Shown here in pieces: positions 32,926 to 35,255 of a stretch of 35,255 nt of DNA; position 1 is the stretch's first letter, and each line of letters begins with the position of its first letter. Source of the stretch: a virus (lineage: Duplodnaviria; Caudoviricetes); the IMG/VR virus record IMGVR_UViG_3300011338_000331, positions 1 to 35,255 of that record; one strand, given 5' to 3'. The notes under the pieces were generated by a model that did not search any database, was not told where the DNA came from, and saw nothing but the letters and a program-made list of their open reading frames with translations. The position numbers were made by a program, and so were the translations under genes.

Positions 32926-35255
32926 TTAACCAATTCGTGCTAAATCTTCAACCTTTGTTCTCACTTCCTGCTGACTTGCTACATCGCCCGATAGTACATA
33001 GGCACGGGGTGTTAGCTGCTCTGGTCTATCCTGCAGGAATGATGAAGCGAGTGGGTTAAATTGTGCAGGTTGTGACCCTGTGTCACCACCACCTCCTACG
33101 GATGGGGTTGGAGTATCCAAATTACCACCACCACCACCACCTTCAAACTGAGTAGCTGCAATTTTTCTTATTGTTGCAGCACCTGAAATAGAAGCAAGTG
33201 CGAGCGATGCAATACCTGCGGGGTTAGGTACAGGTCCAAACGCCACAGGAGATGCGGCAAGTGAGGCTGTAATAGATTTAGCGGCATCAATAGTAGCAGC
33301 ACCTAATTGCAAAGCCTTTTGAAACTTAAATTGTTTCTTGGCTAAGGCTTCTTCCTCTCTACTACCCTTCTTTGTCTTTGACATTTTTGCAGAAAAGAAA
33401 ATGTCATTTAACGCACTAATTGCATTTAATCCTTGTTCGGCTTTTTCAAGTGCAAAGTTGACAGTTTCAAGGTTTTCTAAACGTTTTTCTTCTTCTGCTA
33501 ATCGAGTTGCTTCTACATCAGCATCAATATATTTTTGTTTAATACCTGCTAATTCCTCACTTTGTGCGGTTTCAACAGCAGCCGTATCAATTCGCTTTGC
33601 TTCTTCACCCTCTTTCAACAAAGAGTTAAATAAAGCCGCCGCATCTAAAACTCCTTTATACTTGTCTTTGACAGCTAACTCTTCTTTCTCTTGATCAGTT
33701 AAAGTGCTTTGCGCGTTTTCGGCTTGTAACGCAGCAAGTTTCTCATAATAGTCTATAGATGCGTTCTCTCGTTTTTGCGCTTCATCTAATGCCGTCTGCG
33801 TCTTAGCCTTTTCAGCATCTTCAAACTCCTTTACGTTCTCTTCGTATAGCTGATTGAGTAGGTCACTAACCTCTTGCTCTGCTTTAAGTTTATCGGCAGC
33901 TGCCTTTTCAGCTGCGGTTTTTGCATCGGCTGCGTTCTTATCACGTGCGGCCTTTTCTTTTGCGTCCTGTGCGTTAAGTATTCCGTCACGTGTGTTGACT
34001 AATGTTTTAAGTGACTGTTCTGCATCAGCAACTATCTTCTCTTGATTCTTACGCTCCTCTTCCGGGTCAAATATTTTCTTTACTACAAAGTTGTTTACGT
34101 CTTCAAATACACTAGTTACATCTATCTTCTCAATGCCTAGTCCTAACTTGTTAAGGATATCAATGCTACCGTTTACAAAGCCTTCAAAAAACTCGGCAAG
34201 TTTGCGCTGTGGAAGGGTAACAAAGTCAAGGAATGTCTTTAAGTATTGAGCGTTACGCTCGGCTGCTTTGATTTGCCCTTCGGCCTGTATGCGCGTGGTC
34301 TCAACTACGGCCTGTTGTTGGGCAATAGCCGTATTCAATTGCGATAACTTCAAGGCTGTAATTTCCTTTTCAGTCATGCCCTGACGCTTCAGCGTTTCCT
34401 CGGTAGCAGATATGTTATCGTAGTTCTGCTTTGCTACAGCGGCACGCTCCTTTTGCACGTCCAGTGCTGCGGTTTCTGCATCCGTTACCCCGTCAATGAG
34501 TGACAGCAATTCCTCAGCATAGACAATGGCGGCAGCTATGGCAGCACCTACCAAGAATATCGGGTTAGTAAGTAGTGCCTTACCAACCGATGCAAATGCA
34601 CTCCCTATACTACTAATGCCCTTGGCAATATCACCCGGCTTAACCTGTCCAATGTTTGCAGCTAATTGCTTTGCACCTTCAGCAGCACCTGTAAAGTCAA
34701 GGTTAGCAATACGCGAAGTAACAAGTCCCAATGAACCACCAACACGTTCAAAAGCACCACCTGCCTGTGTACCTACGGCCTGTGCTGCATCTTGTATCTT
34801 ATCCTTGAGTTCACCCGCCGCCTGTGATAACTCACGATACTTAGCCGAATCGGGGTCAGTCGCGGCAAGCTGTGCCTGCAATTCACGTAGCTGAGCCTTG
34901 AGTGATTTGCTTGATGTCGTTACCTGCTCTTGTTCTACAGCTAATTCTTGAAAGTCCGCACTCGCTGTTTTAATACTGGATGTATCTACTTTGGTTTCTT
35001 TGAGTTCAGCGTTCAGTTGATCCGTAGCATTTGCAAGATTGTTCACAGGGGCAACCACCTGTTCAACTGCATTGCCTACCTGCTCGATGCTTTGCGCTGC
35101 ATTGCCCGCGTCAATGCTCTCAATGGCTTTACCAATGTCATCAATTTTGCCCGTTTCAATACCTGTAATGGTAGTTTCCAATTGCTGTATTTGGGTATTC
35201 ACCTCAGCAAAGGCTTGACTATTCGGGTCAAGTTTCTGCAACTGTGCATCAAGTG
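32926..35255 (-). CDS. Tape measure protein (allele B); 5' end lies beyond the window end
   Basis: Long helical ORF with LLTNPIFLV and C-terminal RAYVLSGDV. Continuous with the ATG at 1534 in the circular map. Confidence 0.85.
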   Translation of the reverse strand, partial: LDAQLQKLDPNSQAFAEVNTQIQQLETTITGIETGKIDDIGKAIESIDAGNAAQSIEQVGNAVEQVVAPVNNLANATDQLNAELKETKVDTSSIKTASADFQELAVEQEQVTTSSKSLKAQLRELQAQLAATDPDSAKYRELSQAAGELKDKIQDAAQAVGTQAGGAFERVGGSLGLVTSRIANLDFTGAAEGAKQLAANIGQVKPGDIAKGISSIGSAFASVGKALLTNPIFLVGAAIAAAIVYAEELLSLIDGVTDAETAALDVQKERAAVAKQNYDNISATEETLKRQGMTEKEITALKLSQLNTAIAQQQAVVETTRIQAEGQIKAAERNAQYLKTFLDFVTLPQRKLAEFFEGFVNGSIDILNKLGLGIEKIDVTSVFEDVNNFVVKKIFDPEEERKNQEKIVADAEQSLKTLVNTRDGILNAQDAKEKAARDKNAADAKTAAEKAAADKLKAEQEVSDLLNQLYEENVKEFEDAEKAKTQTALDEAQKRENASIDYYEKLAALQAENAQSTLTDQEKEELAVKDKYKGVLDAAALFNSLLKEGEEAKRIDTAAVETAQSEELAGIKQKYIDADVEATRLAEEEKRLENLETVNFALEKAEQGLNAISALNDIFFSAKMSKTKKGSREEEALAKKQFKFQKALQLGAATIDAAKSITASLAASPVAFGPVPNPAGIASLALASISGAATIRKIAATQFEGGGGGGNLDTPTPSVGGGGDTGSQPAQFNPLASSFLQDRPEQLTPRAYVLSGDVASQQEVRTKVEDLARIG
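33849..35255. repeat. Right copy of the terminal redundancy
   Basis: See 1-1407. Confidence 0.95.

Noticed and set aside
33849-35255. True direct terminal repeat or DGR template/variable repeat pair
   Set aside because: Packaging repeats should be identical. Differences are not adenine-specific, no reverse transcriptase is present, and the 127-bp flanks point to assembly.
1-35255. Integrase/att site, tRNA genes, alternative genetic code
   Set aside because: No recombinase motifs or cloverleaf seen by eye. Standard-code ORFs tile the genome densely, with TAA, TAG and TGA all used as stops.

Overview
This window appears to be a complete, circularly permuted genome (unit length about 33,848 bp) of a tailed dsDNA phage, probably siphovirus-like. 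The likely host is a Bacteroidota bacterium, inferred from TTTG-N19/20-TAnnTTTG promoters and mostly SD-less, A-rich start regions. Positions 1-1407 and 33849-35255 are the same tape-measure segment. By hand count they differ at about 100 positions, with exactly 127 identical bases at each end, which points to two strain alleles joined through a k=127 assembly bubble. The plus strand (12827-21375) carries early and replication genes: HTH, VRR-NUC, a replication initiator with iterons, SSB-like, Sak/Rad52-like and YqaJ-like exonuclease genes, and also TerL. The minus strand carries a sigma-like factor, a GIY-YIG endonuclease, TerS, tail genes, an XkdF-like prohead protease, a full subtilisin with CARDB, scaffold, capsid, tail tube, portal, adaptor, lysis genes and a metallophosphoesterase. 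Features missed by the ORF track include a -1 frameshifted chaperone extension, an A11 slippage site in the portal-MuF fusion, a leader-peptide/alternative-stem RNA upstream of the initiator, a candidate anti-start-codon sRNA, a 44-aa RHH regulator divergent from the capsid operon, and an SD-bearing junction repeat around a mini-gene. No integrase, DNA polymerase, tRNA, CRISPR array or reverse transcriptase was recognised. All family calls come from motif recognition by eye, not database searches.
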